DNA of 64,000 nt from Paragordius varius (GCA_964247055.1 OZ176058.1:3472001-3536000), one strand, 5' to 3'. Positions 1-13,209 are shown, counted from the stretch's first letter. The notes: generated from the letters alone by a model not told the origin. Numbers and translations are program-made.

Positions 1-106
1 GGTCTCGGCCTGCTTCGCAGCCTGAGGAAGTCCTGCGGACTTCTTTAAGAAAATGAACCAACTCCAATCCTTCACTCTAACCCTAGCCCACAAACTCGAA
101 AACCCT
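1..106 (+). mobile_element. Short double-hairpin dispersed repeat (copy cut by window start)
   Basis: GGTCTCGGCCTGCTTCGCAGCC.GAGGAAGTCCTGCGGACTTC...CCCTAACCCTAGCCCACAAACTCGAAA. Nine recognisable copies in the window, in both orientations. Confidence 0.8.
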
Positions 107-1767
107 ATATAATTATATCTGTGTATATTTACATAATTGACAACCATATAATCCCAAATATTTTAGTTCGGTTTTACAATTTTAGAGTATAAAGATGAAT
201 GCTTATTGTTGAAAAAGTCTTCCAGATAAAAATATTAATTACCTTGTTTCAAAAACGATAGGAACTAATATTAATTCATGCTTGTTAATCATAAAACCAT
301 TCAATATTATCGCATTTTGCCCAACTCCTTTATTAAAAAAGTTGGATGGAATTAGTTTAAATTTAGTTTAGGTTTCATTAATTAATAATTGATAAATTTT
401 CAGAAATAACTGATTATTAAGTTACTTATTTCCATATAGTATAAAAACATTTTTAACTCTTAAAGTATATGTCATAATATTTGATTAATTTTAATGATTT
501 ATTCATGAAAATAAAAGTCAACGTTTGGAATTAATCTTTTTAACAAGTAGTTAATGATTAATGGAAACAAGAATCGATATTATATTAAATAAAAGTTAAA
601 TTAAATCTTAATATTTATAACTTATTTTGAGGAAAATTTAAACCTAGATCGCTTGAAATCTTAATAGACCGATATTGAAATAAACTAATTTCCTTATATA
701 TATTAAACCAAATGTTTAATTAATCTAGAATTAGTTCTAGAGGTAATAATTTTTTTAAATAATTAATAATTTGTTTGTTTTAGATATGCTAATAATCAGC
801 CCATATTTGAAACATATTGCCAATTAAATTTAAAGTTTTAAAAATAAAATTGCAGATATAGAAATATAATAATAATTAGCTACAATTTAATTAGAATTAA
901 TTATGTTCTAAATTATTTTTGAGATGTTTAGAATATCAAACTTATTACGTAATAATTTATTAATTACAATAATTTAAAATATTTTTTAGATTAATAAAAT
1001 TATTATTTAATACCTAATATATATATAATTATTTATGAATTATTTCAGACAATTTAATTAGAAATAATTTTGTATTGTAAATTCATTTTGAATCTAAAAC
1101 TTATTACGTAATAATTTAATAAACTACATATATATATTTGATTTATTAACAATATAGAATTAATTTTATTAATAATATATGTTAAAATTATTTGAGACAA
1201 TCTAATTAAAATTAATTATTTTCTAAATTATTTTTGATATATAATCTATTTCATGTAATAAATATAATATAATCTAAAATATTTCCTAAATATATATATA
1301 ATTAAATTTGTTTAATCCTTAATAAATATTATTTGTAAATTATTTAAATTATTTTAAACTTAAATTTCTTTTTTCACAAATTAATTAATTTATTTACTTG
1401 TTACTTTATTTTGTTTATTCCAATATTCCCTTTATCCTAAATACTAAGACATATGTGTATACTGAATAATATTTTTAGACAACACATAAAAATATTTAAC
1501 ATTGTAATATTGCACATAAAAGGGGGATAAAATAAAATGTATGTGAAACAATGTTGCATAACACATAATAAACAAAAACAAGAAAGGGAAATGTACATAG
1601 GATTTTTCTAGAAGGGGGGAGAAAAGGCATGCAAATGCGCACAACACATTGTTTAAGATGCACGTGTTCTTTCTTTGTTCCCCCCCCCTACACATATATA
1701 AAGACAAAAAATATTTTTAAATTTATTTTTTTAAATTCTTTTTTCCAAATTTACATTTGTTGCATAG

Positions 1768-2071
1768 AATGTATTCAAGTGCTTTTCCTCTTATGCAATT
1801 CAATGTATTGCCAACATGGATGGATTATTTTATTATTCAAGTAAAATTTAATTCTATTTAATTTTAGATTATAAAACTCAATATGCAAATCAAACAGGAA
1901 ATGGTGAAACCGATTATATTTTAAATGATTTCTGGTAAATTAATTTGTTAATAATTATAGATTAAGATTAATTCAAAGTTTAAAGAACAATGTACAGTGA
2001 AAACATGTTGAGACTGATTGTGTAACCGAAATGGGAAATTGAACTATTGCCATTTAGCCTAATTAATTCTG
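1768..2071 (+). CDS. Three putative exons (1768-1840, 1868-1934, 1961-2071) separated by 27- and 26-nt GT-AG introns; product unknown
   Basis: Canonical splice sites at homologous positions in B. Conserved peptide-like blocks CIANMDGLFY or MYCQHGWIIL and PKWEIELxxFSLIN. Frame not fully resolved, and in-frame stops are present. Confidence 0.45.
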
Positions 2072-2249
2072 GTAAGTTTCGCATGTTTTGTCTATTTCAT
2101 TTAAAATACTTTGTTAGATAGCATTAAAATATGTTCAGAGTAGAAGAACACTATTATTGATTGCCTTAAAAAGTTAAGAGATTTTTTTTATCTTTTCTTG
2201 CTTTTTCCCAAAAAATTGGTTATATCTTGGAAATTTTTAACAATGTCTC

Positions 2250-2740
2250 TAGATTTTATTAATTTACTCTACTTGTAAGAATAAATGGCTAATAATTGTT
2301 ATATATTTCTACGAATTTTTTTAAATTTATTTTTTCGACAAAGGAAGTTAACCTAAAAAGGTTAACACATGTTATCATTTATATTGAGGTTTATATTTTC
2401 TGGAAATTTTTTATAATTTTTTTTATTTACTCTACTTGTAAGAACAAATGGTTAATAATTGTTACATATTTCTACGAATTTTTTTTAAATTTATTTTTTC
2501 GATAAAGGAAGTTAACCTAAAAAGGTGAACACATGTTACCATTTATATTGAGGTGTATTTTTTCTGGAAATTTTAACAATGTTCATAGCTTTTTTTAATT
2601 TACTCTACTTGTACAAATAAATGGCAATAATTATTACATATTTTTAGCAATTTTTAATCTTGTAAACTTTCAAATTTTATTTTTGTTAAGGGAAGTTTAA
2701 CTAAAAAGGTTAACACATGTTACCATTTATATTGAGGCGT
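2250..2740. repeat. Three degenerate ~165-bp tandem units, each with a GTTAACCT-AAAA-AGGTTAAC-type palindrome
   Basis: Repeated tttactctacttgtaagaa...ggaagttaacctaaaaaggttaacacatgtta. Also at 56215-56705, with fewer units in B (24620-24830). Confidence 0.85.
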
Positions 2741-3103
2741 ATATTATAGCAGCACTGCAAGTATCCACCTAAAGAAGAACCAAATAAATGTCTATTTATT
2801 ACATTATTTATATTGAATTGGTGAATAGTTTTTTATTCTTGGAAATATTTGTTTCTGTTATGTTTAATTTTGTTTCATGCGTGTTGAATAATAAATTTCT
2901 TTACCTAAGAAAATCAATTTATACTTGTTAAATATAAAATATTTTAGAAATGAATTTCTTTATTTAAAAAATCACCAGAATTAAAAAATTTTGAAAAAAA
3001 AATAAATAAAAATTATTTGAAATGCTAAATCTTATGAAGTTGTTAAGAATGTTCAAAGGTGTTAAAAAATTTCTAAAAACAATTCTCGAAAACTCTTGTA
3101 AAC

Positions 3104-3688
3104 TAATGTGACCAGATATTTTAAACTCGGACGCAGTACAAAATTAAAACATACTTTGTCTGTTTTTAAACCATCGGTGTGGTATATTACACAGTTTCCA
3201 CAAAAAACATCCTGCTGAAAAATATATATTCTTATAGGAAAATATCAGGATTAGCATGGTGCTTTTGGTTTTACGAGTTATTAAAGAAAGTTATTTACAC
3301 TCTTGTGGTAGGTGCTCAGTATAAAATTGCAAAAGGCGCGCAATTTTTCATATATATTTTTTTGTGAAAGCTAAATTAAAAAATATCAGTAAATATAACA
3401 TCAACTACATACAAAAATTAAAAAAAAATTTAAAATTTTAAATTTTTTGATGTGAGTTCTGATAGTCCTAAATTTTTGGTCTTTAATAGACTGTTCTCTT
3501 AAAAAACCCAAATATTCGGATATTGTTCAATAATTTTAAATATATACTAAATTTTGATATCAACTAAATATATTTTTTAAAAAATGCACACTTCCAAAAA
3601 TTTAGTCTTTAGCAAAATTTTGTTGAAGCATACTTCATATTATTTTCAGCATGATGGAAACATTATAAACGGTTGAGTTATTTACAAC

Positions 3689-3748
<60 letters not shown>

Positions 3749-4677
3749 GATAATGCTAATTCTCAATCACTTTGATTAAAATGGTTCGTTTTCAAATTTA
3801 TATTAAATAAAAATTGTTTTTTTTACAAAAATTCGCCAAAATTTTATAAGCCAACAAAACCTCTAAATTGAAATTCTGAACCTATAGTAATCTTTAACAT
3901 CATCGAATTATTTAGAAAAAGGGTTTTATTATATCTTAAAGCGTTATACCGTTTTCATCAAGCTTCAAAATAAAATTAAATAAGGTTTAACAAAATATCT
4001 CAAATTTGTTTATGAAAAAAATAATAAAACTAATAAAATTTAAAGTTTAGGAAAAAAATTAAGTAATATCACAAAACGTAGAAACTCTTAATTTTTTAAT
4101 TTTCAATACAAAAAAAAGGTTATTTCGGAATCATATGCCATATATAATAAATTTTATATTTATGTTATGGGAATAACAATTTTTTATATAATTTTCCGTT
4201 TGATAATTATAACAAAAATTGAACTTTCTAAACTTGATCAAACATTTATTAAAATAATATTATGTAACTTTTGAAATTGGAGGCACCTTTTCTTACGCAA
4301 GCCCTGAGTGAAAGTGCCATTAGCCTGAATCTTAAGGTGTGGAGCCCCAGATTTATAGTTTCGCCACTGCGCAAAAGGCTGCAATCTTAAGTTTTATGTA
4401 TAATTCGAGCAGAAATATATTAACCATTTATAGGCCAATCTTAGTTTTTTTACCGAAAAATGAACCATTTCTTTACAAATTATGAGGTTATTTTTATTGA
4501 GGGTACTATATTAAATACTAAAATAATTTTCTAGAATAATCAAATTTAATATATATTTATAAAAATTATTTTTTTTTCAATTTCAAAAAGCAGTACAAAA
4601 GAGGGCGCAGTACTGGCTCAGTTTTTTTCTGAAAACCCAGTACTGTACTGCGAAAAACAGCTTATCTGGTCACCTTA
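3104..4677. mobile_element. Non-autonomous hAT-superfamily (Blackjack-like TIR) DNA transposon, 1574 bp
   Basis: 8-bp TSD TTGTAAAC (3096-3103, 4678-4685). 15-bp TIRs TAATGTGACCAGATA / TATCTGGTCACCTTA with 1 mismatch. Subterminal CAGTAC repeats. A single TTGTAAAC (empty site) in A' at ~57058-57065. No transposase ORF. Confidence 0.9.
3691..3744. repeat. (TA)n microsatellite
   Basis: Pure TA run inside the hAT element. Confidence 0.95.
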
Positions 4678-4689
4678 TTGTAAACCCAA

Positions 4690-7600
4690 TTTTTTACTCT
4701 AAAATGGCTCTAAAATTCTTTTAAAAATAAAAGAATGTTAAAAAGTATTAAAACTTCCTAATCTAATATAGTCCTGAACTTAAAAAAGCGGTAAAATTCC
4801 TTAAATTTTTTTAGCGCTAAATTTTTAATTTCTAAAAAAGCAGTAAAATGACTAAAAACCGGTAGGATTATTTAAGAACCTTTTTTAAAGGCAAAAATTA
4901 CCTAAAGATTTAAAAAATGGCAAATAATCTTTTAAAAAAACGCTAAAATTCTTACTAAGGTCAAAAATGCCAAAATTCTTTAAAAAAGCGTAAATTTTAT
5001 TTTTAAATTTAAAAACTGCGAAAATTTTCTAAAAAACCGATATTTATCGTAAAAAACCGCTAAAATTCTAAAAAGGCTAAAACTCTTTATTATTCGCAAA
5101 GGACAAAAATTACTTATAATTCTAAAGCAGTAAAATTTAGAAATTGCTAATATCTCTAAAAATCATCTGAAGAGGCTAATTTTCCAAAACCTATAAGAAT
5201 CCTTTAAAAATTATGATTATTTTTTTTAAATCTAATAAACAAGCGATGAAATTTAAAAACAGCTTAAAACTCTAGAAAACGCCGAATCTTAAAATTTTAA
5301 AATTTTCTAAAAATGGCAATTTCATTTTTAAATTTTATAATTTTTTAAAAACCATTTAAATTCTTTGAAAAATTCTTTAAGAAGCGCTAAAATTTTTAAA
5401 AATTGTTAAAAAAAATTCGCAAAAAATTGCTACAAATTTTAAATTCGCTCAAAATTTCTTAAAACCGCTAAAATTGTTTAAACAAGCATAAATATTCTTT
5501 TTAAATCCAAAAAATCGCTTGAAATTTCCGTAAAACCGCTAAAATTCTCCAAAAACCGCTAAAACTATCTAAAAAGTCTATTTCTTTAAAATTATTTTTA
5601 AAACCGCTAAAATTTTTAGAAAAATCGATAAAACTCCTTTTCAATCAAAAAAATGCGCTTGTATTTTTTAAAACCGCTGAAATTCTCTAAAAATCGCTAA
5701 AATTTTTAAAAAACGTAAAAATGTTCTTTTAAAATCGCTAAAAAGCCTAAATATCCTTTTTAAATCAAAAAATGCGCTGAAATTCTTTAAAAACCGCTAA
5801 AACTTTATAAAAACCGCTAAAACTTTCTTAAAAACCGCTAAAACTTTCTTAAAAACCGCTAAAACTTTCTAAAAACCGCTAAAACTTTTTAAAAACCGCT
5901 AAAACCTTTTTAAAAATTGCTAAAACTTTATAAAAACCGCTAAAACTTTATAAAAACTTAAAACTTTCTAAAAACTGTTAAAACTTTCTCAAAACTGTTA
6001 AAACTTTCTCAAAACTGTTAAAACTTTCTCATAACCGCTAAAACCTTTTTAAAAAACGCTAAAACTTTATAAAAACCGCTAAACTTTATAAAAACTTTTA
6101 AAACTTTCTCAAAACTGTTAAAACTTTCTCATAACCGCTAAAACTTTTTAAAAACTGTTAAAACTTAACTTTCTCATAACCGCTAAAACCTTTTTAAAAA
6201 CCGCTAAAACCTTTTTAAAAATTGCTAAAACTTTATAAAAACCGCTAAAACTTTATAAAAACTGTTAAAACTTTCTCAAAACTGTTAAAACTTTCTCATA
6301 ACCGCTAAAACCTTTTTAAAAACCGCTAAAATTATCTAAAAATCTTTAAAACTTTTTAAAAAAGTCTATTACTTAAAATATTCTTAAAACCGCTAAAATT
6401 ATATAAAACCGCTAAATTTCTCTAACGCTAAAATTTTCTAACGCTAAAATTAAAGTATGCGCTAAAAATTTCTGTGCTCTCTAATAAAATCCATGAAAAA
6501 AGCTTAAATATTCTTTTTAAAAATTGCTAAAAAACCGCTGATTACTTTAAAAACCGCTAAAATTGTTTAAACAAACGTAAATATTCTTTTTTAATCAAGA
6601 AATGCTCTGAAATTTATAAAAAATCGGAAATAAATATTTTTATTAATCATTTGTTTTAATTAATCAGTTGTTATTCAATTTTTTAAATTCAATTGTTTTA
6701 ATTAATCAGTTGTTTTAATTAATCATTTGTTTTTATTAATCATTTGTATCAATTAATCAGTTGTTTTTATTAATCAGTTGTATTTATTTATCAGTTGTTT
6801 TAACTAATCAGTTGTTACCAGTTATTTTAATTAATCAGTTATAAATCAGTTGTTTTAATTAATCAGCTGTTTACTAATCATTTGTTTTAATTAATCATTT
6901 GTTTTTATTAATTTGTTTTTATTAATCAGTTGTATTAATTTATCAGTTGTTTTAACTAATCAGTTGTTATCACTTATTTTAATTAATCAGTTATAAATCA
7001 GTTGTTTTAAGTAATCAGCTGTTTTAATTTATCAGTATTTATTAATTTATTAATCATTTGTTATTATTATGTGATTTTATTAATGAGTTGTTTCATCTAA
7101 AAACCGCCAAAGCTATCTAGAAAGTCTATTTCTTAAAAAATATTCTAAAAACGGGAATTTAAAAACCGCTAAAATTATCTAAAAACCCTAAAACTTTCTA
7201 AAAACTGCTAATATTTATAAAAAATCGCCAAAATTCCTTTTAAATGAAAAAACCGCTAAAACTATTTTAACACCGCTATAACCTTTCTAAAAACCGCTAA
7301 AACTTTCTAAAAACCGCTAAAACTTTCTAAAAACCGCTAAAACTTTCTAAAAACCGCTAAAACTTTGTCAAAACTGTTAAAACTTTCTCAAAACTGTTAA
7401 AACTTTCTCAAAACTGTTAAAACTTTCTCATAACCGCTAAAACCTTTTTAAAAACCGCTAAAACTTTCTCAAAACTGTTAAAACTTTCTCAAAACTGTTA
7501 AAACTTTCTCAAAACTGTTAAAACTTTCTCAAAACTGTTAAAACTTTCTCAAAACTGTTAAAACTTTCTCAAAACTGTTAAAACTTTCTCATAACCGCTA

Positions 7601-9430
7601 AAACTTTCTAAAAACCGCTAAAACCTTTTTATAAACCGCTAAAACCTTTTTAAAAACCGCTAAAACTTTCTAAAAACCGCTAAAACTTTTTAAAAACTGT
7701 TAAAACTTTCTCAAACTTTTAAAACTTTCTAAAAACCGCTAAAACTTTTTAAAAACCGCTAAAACTACCTAAAAACCGCTAAAACTACCTAAAAACCGCT
7801 AAAACTACCTAAAAACCGCTAAAACTACCTAAAAACCGCTAAAACTACCTAAAAACCGCTAAAACTTTCTAAAAACCGCTAAAATCTTTCTAAAAACCGC
7901 TAAAACCTTTCTAAAAACTGTTAAAACTTTCTAAAAACTGTTAAAACTTTCTCATAACTGCTAAAACTTTCTCATAACCGCTAAAACTTTCTCATAACCG
8001 CTAAAACTTTCTAAAAACCGCTTAAACTTTCTAAAAATCGCTAAAACTTTCTAATCGCTAAAACTTTTTAAAAACTGTTAAAACTTTCTAAAAACCGCTA
8101 AAACTACCTAAAAACCGCAAAAACTACCTAAAAACCGTTAAAACTTTCTCAAAACCGTTAAAACTTTCTCAAAACGGTTAAAACTTTCTCAAAACGGTTA
8201 AAACTTTCTCATAACTGTTAAAACTTTCTCATAACTGTTAAAACTTTCTAAAAACAGCTACAACTTTCTAAAAACAGCTACAACTTTCTAAAAACAGCTA
8301 CAACTTTCTAAAAACAGCTACAACTTTCTAAAAACAGCTACAACTCTCTAAAAACAGCTACAACTTTCTAAAAACAGCTACAACTCTCTAAAAACCGCTA
8401 AAACTCTCTAAAAACCGCTAAAACCATCTAAAAACCGCTAAAACCATCTAAAAACCGCTAGAGATCTTTAAAACTGCTACAACTCTTTAAAACTGCTACA
8501 ACTCTTTAAAACCCGCTAAAACTTTCTAAAAACAGCTACAACTTTCTAAAAACCGCTAAAATTCTTTAAAAAATGCTAAAACTTTTTAAAAAATGCTAAA
8601 ACTCTTTAAAAATGCTAAAACTTTTTAAAAAATGCTAAAACTCTTTAAAAAATGCTAAAACTCTTTAAAAAATGCTAAAACTCTTTAAAAATTGCTATAA
8701 AACTTCTCTATAAAACTTCTTAAAAATTGCTATAAAACTCTTTTAAAACTTTTTAAAAACAGCTACAACTATTTAAAAACCGCTAAAGCTCTCTAAAAAC
8801 CGTTAGAAATCTTTAAAAACTCTTTATAAACCCCTAAAACTCTCTAAAAACCGCTAAAACCATCTAAAAACCGTTAGAAATCTTTAAAAACCGCTAAAAA
8901 TCTTTAAAAACCGCTAAAACTCTTTAAAAACCGCTAAAACTCTTTAAAAAACGCTAAAACTCTTTAAAAACCGCTAAAACTTTTTAAAAAGCGCTAAAAC
9001 TCCTTAAAAATTGCTAAAACTCCTTAAAAATAGCTAAAACTCTTTTAAAACTCTCTATAAACCGCTAAAACTTTCTAAAAACCGCTAAAACTCTTTAAAA
9101 ACCGCTAAAGTTCTTTAAAACTAAAACTCTTTAAAAAATGCTAAAACTCCTTAAAAATTGCTATTAAACTCCTTAAAAATTGCAAAAACTCTTTTAAAAC
9201 TCTCTATTAACCGCTAAAACTTTCTAAAAACCGTTAAAACTTTCTAAAAACAGCTACAACTCTTAAAAAACCGCTAAAGCTCTTTAACCGCTACAACCAT
9301 TTAAAAACCGCTAACATTCTTTAAAAGTGACTAAATATTCTTTGTTTAAATCATAAAATGCTCTCTAAATTGAACAAATTATTGTCTGGAGTAACTATAG
9401 CTCAAGGTGTCAAAAACGGCAAACCTTTTT
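4690..9430. repeat. ~20-bp satellite AAAAACCGCTAAAACT(T/C)T(T/C)TA, array A
   Basis: Homogeneous core ~5790-9320 with degenerate edges. Local variant runs CTGTTA, CAGCTA and ATGCTA. Confidence 0.95.
6630..7095. repeat. Degenerate ~14-16 bp TTAATCAGTTGTTT tandem repeat inside the satellite
   Basis: Dozens of aatcagttgtttt units. Absent from A'. The same motif forms arrays at 10525-10748, 36960-37170 and 61490-61715. Confidence 0.9.
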
Positions 9431-10748
9431 AAAAACCGCAAAATCACCTTTTTTTATTTAAATTATATTATTTAACCAATTAGCCATTTTAAATAGCGTA
9501 TTTATAATTTTAATCTCAATAGATTGTAACATACTTTTTTTTGTTTAGAATGCGATGTCTTACAGAAGTACGCAGGATTTCGTTGGCCTATTGCCCAACA
9601 AAACTGATGTAGAAAATACCAGGAATGTTTCGGAATTGGGTAATTATTATTTTATATTTTGTTGATCAGTTTTCAATTATTATTTAAGTATTTTGGTTAA
9701 TAATTGTTTTGTTTTATAAATCATTATTACAATAATCAACTGTTTTATGTAATTAGCTTTATCAGTTGTTTTAATTAATCAATTAATTGTTTTTAGTTTT
9801 AAAATTGGCTAGCTTGAGATATAAAGATAGTTTTTTAAAAAGAATATATAGAATATAAATTTGTTATTTATCGTTATTTATTATTATAACGTAATATTCA
9901 ATCATCAATTGTTACATTTTTTTTAATTTACTGTAGAATGTGTTGCTGGTATATGCCCGAAACGGAAACGAAGTGTATTGAAAAAACTTAATTGAATATT
10001 TTGGAAGAATTTGGTAATTTAGATTAAATTTTGGAATAGATTTTATCACTATTTTCTCAACTTTACATTTTTTCTCAAAATAAATTAATTTTTTTATTAA
10101 AATTGATGTCGTTTTTGATGCTCTTTAATTAAAGAAGATAATTGATGTAATAAATCTTTTTTTTATTAATTACTATTTATAATAAACTACTGAGTTAAAA
10201 CAAATGAGTTATTTTTTATTAAGATATATAATATTGTTCCTTTAATTTTTACCGCAAAATGACAAAATATCACTTTTTTAACATACTTTATAATTTTTTT
10301 AAATAAACATTTTTCTTGATCAGCTGTTTTTTTGGATTAGATAATAATTATTTAATAGTTTCAATATATTTATTTTTTTAAATGATTAAAGATTTAATAT
10401 TTTGACTTTATATTTTATTTTATATTTAGGAAACAATATAGTATCCACTTCATTGCTGCCATACCAAATAAACTATTTAAGTATGAATTATCTGAATATT
10501 TTTTAATTTTTTCTTTATTATTTGATAAATAAGTTGTTTTATTATTCAGTTGTTATTAATGAGTTGTTATTAATGAGTTGTTTATTAATCAGTTGTTTTA
10601 ATTAATCAGTTGTATTTATTTATTATTTGTTTTAAATAATCATTTTTTATTAATCAGTTTTTCAGTTGTTTTTATTAATCAGTTGTTTTAATTAATCTGT
10701 TGTTTTTAATTATTATTTGTTTTTAACAATCAGCTGTTTTAATTAATT

Positions 10749-10836
10749 AGGTTTAAAGCACTTTAAGGGTTTTGAGTTTGTGGGCTAGGGTTAGGGAGAG
10801 GGATTGGAGTTGGTTCATTTTCTTAAAGAAATCCGC
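10749..10836 (-). mobile_element. Short double-hairpin repeat, inverted and truncated
   Basis: Reverse complement of the family body, ending in aagaaatccgc. Internally deleted versions lie at ~37170 and ~61712. Confidence 0.75.
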
Positions 10837-11274
10837 TATAAATTTATATAACCTTTTTTCTGACACATCTCTTCTCACAAGAAAATGCCCTCTTGATTAA
10901 AGTTTTTGAATAAAATTTTTGGAAAACTTATTTTAAACCACAATAAGGGTTTCTAGTTTTAAGTTAGGGTCAGGTTTTTAAAGAAGTCCGCAAATTAATT
11001 TTTATATTGGTTGTTTGAGGTATTTACGCAAAAACCTCTGACATAGACAACTGATTTCTTGGAAACTTTTCATTTTTTTGGATAAATTTCATATAATTCT
11101 TTTGTTATATATTAGGATTAAAGTATCACCTGTTTTTGGTGTAATATGAGTCAATTTAATTTTACCAAACCTCAATGTTAAACTCTAACCTATCACCGCT
11201 AAAACTTGTGTATAAAGCTTTTTCTCATGATCTTAGCTGTTATTATGGTTTTTGAGCAAAATCCTTATCGATCT

Positions 11275-11378
11275 AGGTTTAAAGCACTTTAAGGGTTTCG
11301 AGTTTGTGGGCTAGGGTTAGGGTGAGGGATTGGAGCTGGTTCATTTTCTTAAAGAAGTCCGCAGGACTTCCTCGGGCT
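11275..11378 (-). mobile_element. Short double-hairpin repeat, inverted
   Basis: aggtttaaagcactttaagggtttcgagtttgtgggctagggttagggtgaggg...gaagtccgcaggacttcctcgggct. Confidence 0.8.
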
Positions 11379-12520
11379 TTTATTTTTAAATTTAATCTTT
11401 GTCTCTGAATTTTAAAGCTTTTGATTTATTTTAAGGAAGGATCTTTTTTTCTATTTCTTTTTTTTGTTTAATTTTACACCATTTTATCAAACGACTTAAA
11501 CATTATCTGAATTTTATTTGACCGCAAACTATTCAATGCACAGATCATATGCTATTTGTATTGCGGTGTTTGGATGTATATCATTTATTTTTTAATGGTT
11601 TTGTACTAAAATTGCAATACTAAAGCTGATTTTGGGTTTTTAATTATGGAACTGTTAATTTGTAAAGTAACCGCAAAAATTTATATTTAAATAGTTTGAA
11701 AACAATTTTTTTCGTTATTAGGACGGTTAAAACTCTTAATCTGGGCTTTTTCGGGATTGAGCTAATTTTAATACGGGCTTTGAACAATTTTGTTTGGATT
11801 TACGATCTAATAATATTTTTTATACAATCAGAAACCAACATTGACAGAGAACAAAATGACTTTATTTGCAGTGTTTAACATATGATTTTGCCTGATCAAA
11901 ATTAAAGGCTTTCGAGTTTGGGTTGACCTTAGCTAAAATAAAGGAAAGTTGCATGTCCTTATTCCTTGGGTTTTAACGGAAATAGATATGTTAATAACTG
12001 CTAATTTGTAAAGTAACCGCAAAATTTAAATTTGCAAGGGTATTTTTTCTGTATTAGGACGTGTTTTGGGACAATTTAGCCAATTTTTACGGGGTTTGAT
12101 TAATCTACGTTAAATATTTTAAGGCAAGTTTGTGGACTAGGGTTATGTGGGGGTTTTGAGTTTCATTAAGAGTTTGTTTTTCACTTTTATCAATAACTGC
12201 CGAATTATAAATAAACCGCAAATTGAATTTTATGCTAATATTATCTAACTTCGAATCTAATAATATTTTTTATCATTTTTTATACATCAGAAAAAAAAAC
12301 AACCTAACAGAAAACAAAATGTCTCCAACTAGACAAGAAACAACACTAACTCACACAAGAATGAATATGAAACAATCACAATGAATGAAGAATTTATATA
12401 AGATTCAATAAATGATGATAATGTTTGATATATTGTTTTTTTAAAAAAAAATTAAAAAATATAAATAAATATATATAACCCCCCCCCCCCAAGGGCGAGA
12501 AAAAAAAATTAAAAAATATT

Positions 12521-12720
12521 CTAAGTCCAAAATTTTATTTTGAGCGTCCGGGAGTAAGAGTGCTCAAAATCGGATTTTGGACTTAGGGGCCGACTCTCAT
12601 TAATGGGAGAAAAATATCCTCCTTCACAAGATTGGGGAAAACAACTCTCTCAAATTAGTAAGAGTTGATTTTCCCCAAAGGAGGAAATGTTCTCCCATTA
12701 GAGAGTGAGTCATCAGGCCC
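12521..12720. other. Two adjacent imperfect inverted repeats (66 and 134 nt) beside a poly-C tract
   Basis: CTAAGTCCAAAAT..TTTTGAGC / GCTCAAAA..ATTTTGGACTTAG, then GGGCC..AATGGGAGAA..TCCTCCTT / AAGGAGGA..TTCTCCCATT..GGCCC. Confidence 0.85.
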
Positions 12721-13209
12721 AAAAACTCTCCACAAGTATAACGAGAGTTTTTTGTGCCTTCAATCCGAAGAGTGAACCCATCAATCAGAGGCGCGTTTCT
12801 CTCCATAGCCTTGCGACTTGTTAGGTTCCTTGGAGGTCTACGAGAGCTAGCTCCGTTTCAACCGATCCCATTGACTCAATCAGTCAATCCACACCTAAAT
12901 ATTAGCTTTACCTCGTAATCCGTAGGCTCCTCCCGCTTCATGTGTCCTTCCATATTCGGCTAATCCAAAATTCCCGGCATTTGATCTCAACAGGGCTTCT
13001 GGAATCCGTGTTAAACGCCTTCCCCCATAGAGTTTATCCCAATACACCTAAAAAATACATTTACCTCGTAATCAGCAGGCTCTTTTTGGTTCGCTCCTTC
13101 ATTCACCCACGAATCCTTGGTTGCTAGTCTTGAATCACGTCCTCATCCCTGGTTGCCATTGGAGAAGAAGGCCTAAAGCCTTCAAATCAGCTTTTCAATC
13201 AGCTTTCAT
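12713..13209 (-). pseudogene. Nested antisense gene, copy A (introns 13048-13064 and 12895-12911)
   Basis: Same structure as B, but with a +1 base in exon 2 and indels near the 3' end. Confidence 0.55.

Noticed and set aside
65-90. CCCTAA-like tract as a telomere or telomere-addition site
   Set aside because: Only 2-3 imperfect units, always embedded in the dispersed element.
1629-1665. Octamer ATGCAAAT and CACGTG box upstream of the 5' exons
   Set aside because: The octamer is not conserved in B, and such short motifs are expected by chance.
1444-3367. Short standard-code ORFs in the supplied track (e.g. 1444-1707, 2296-2505, 3179-3367, and their A' copies)
   Set aside because: F/I/L/Y-rich translations typical of AT-rich non-coding DNA. 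Not kept open in the B paralog.
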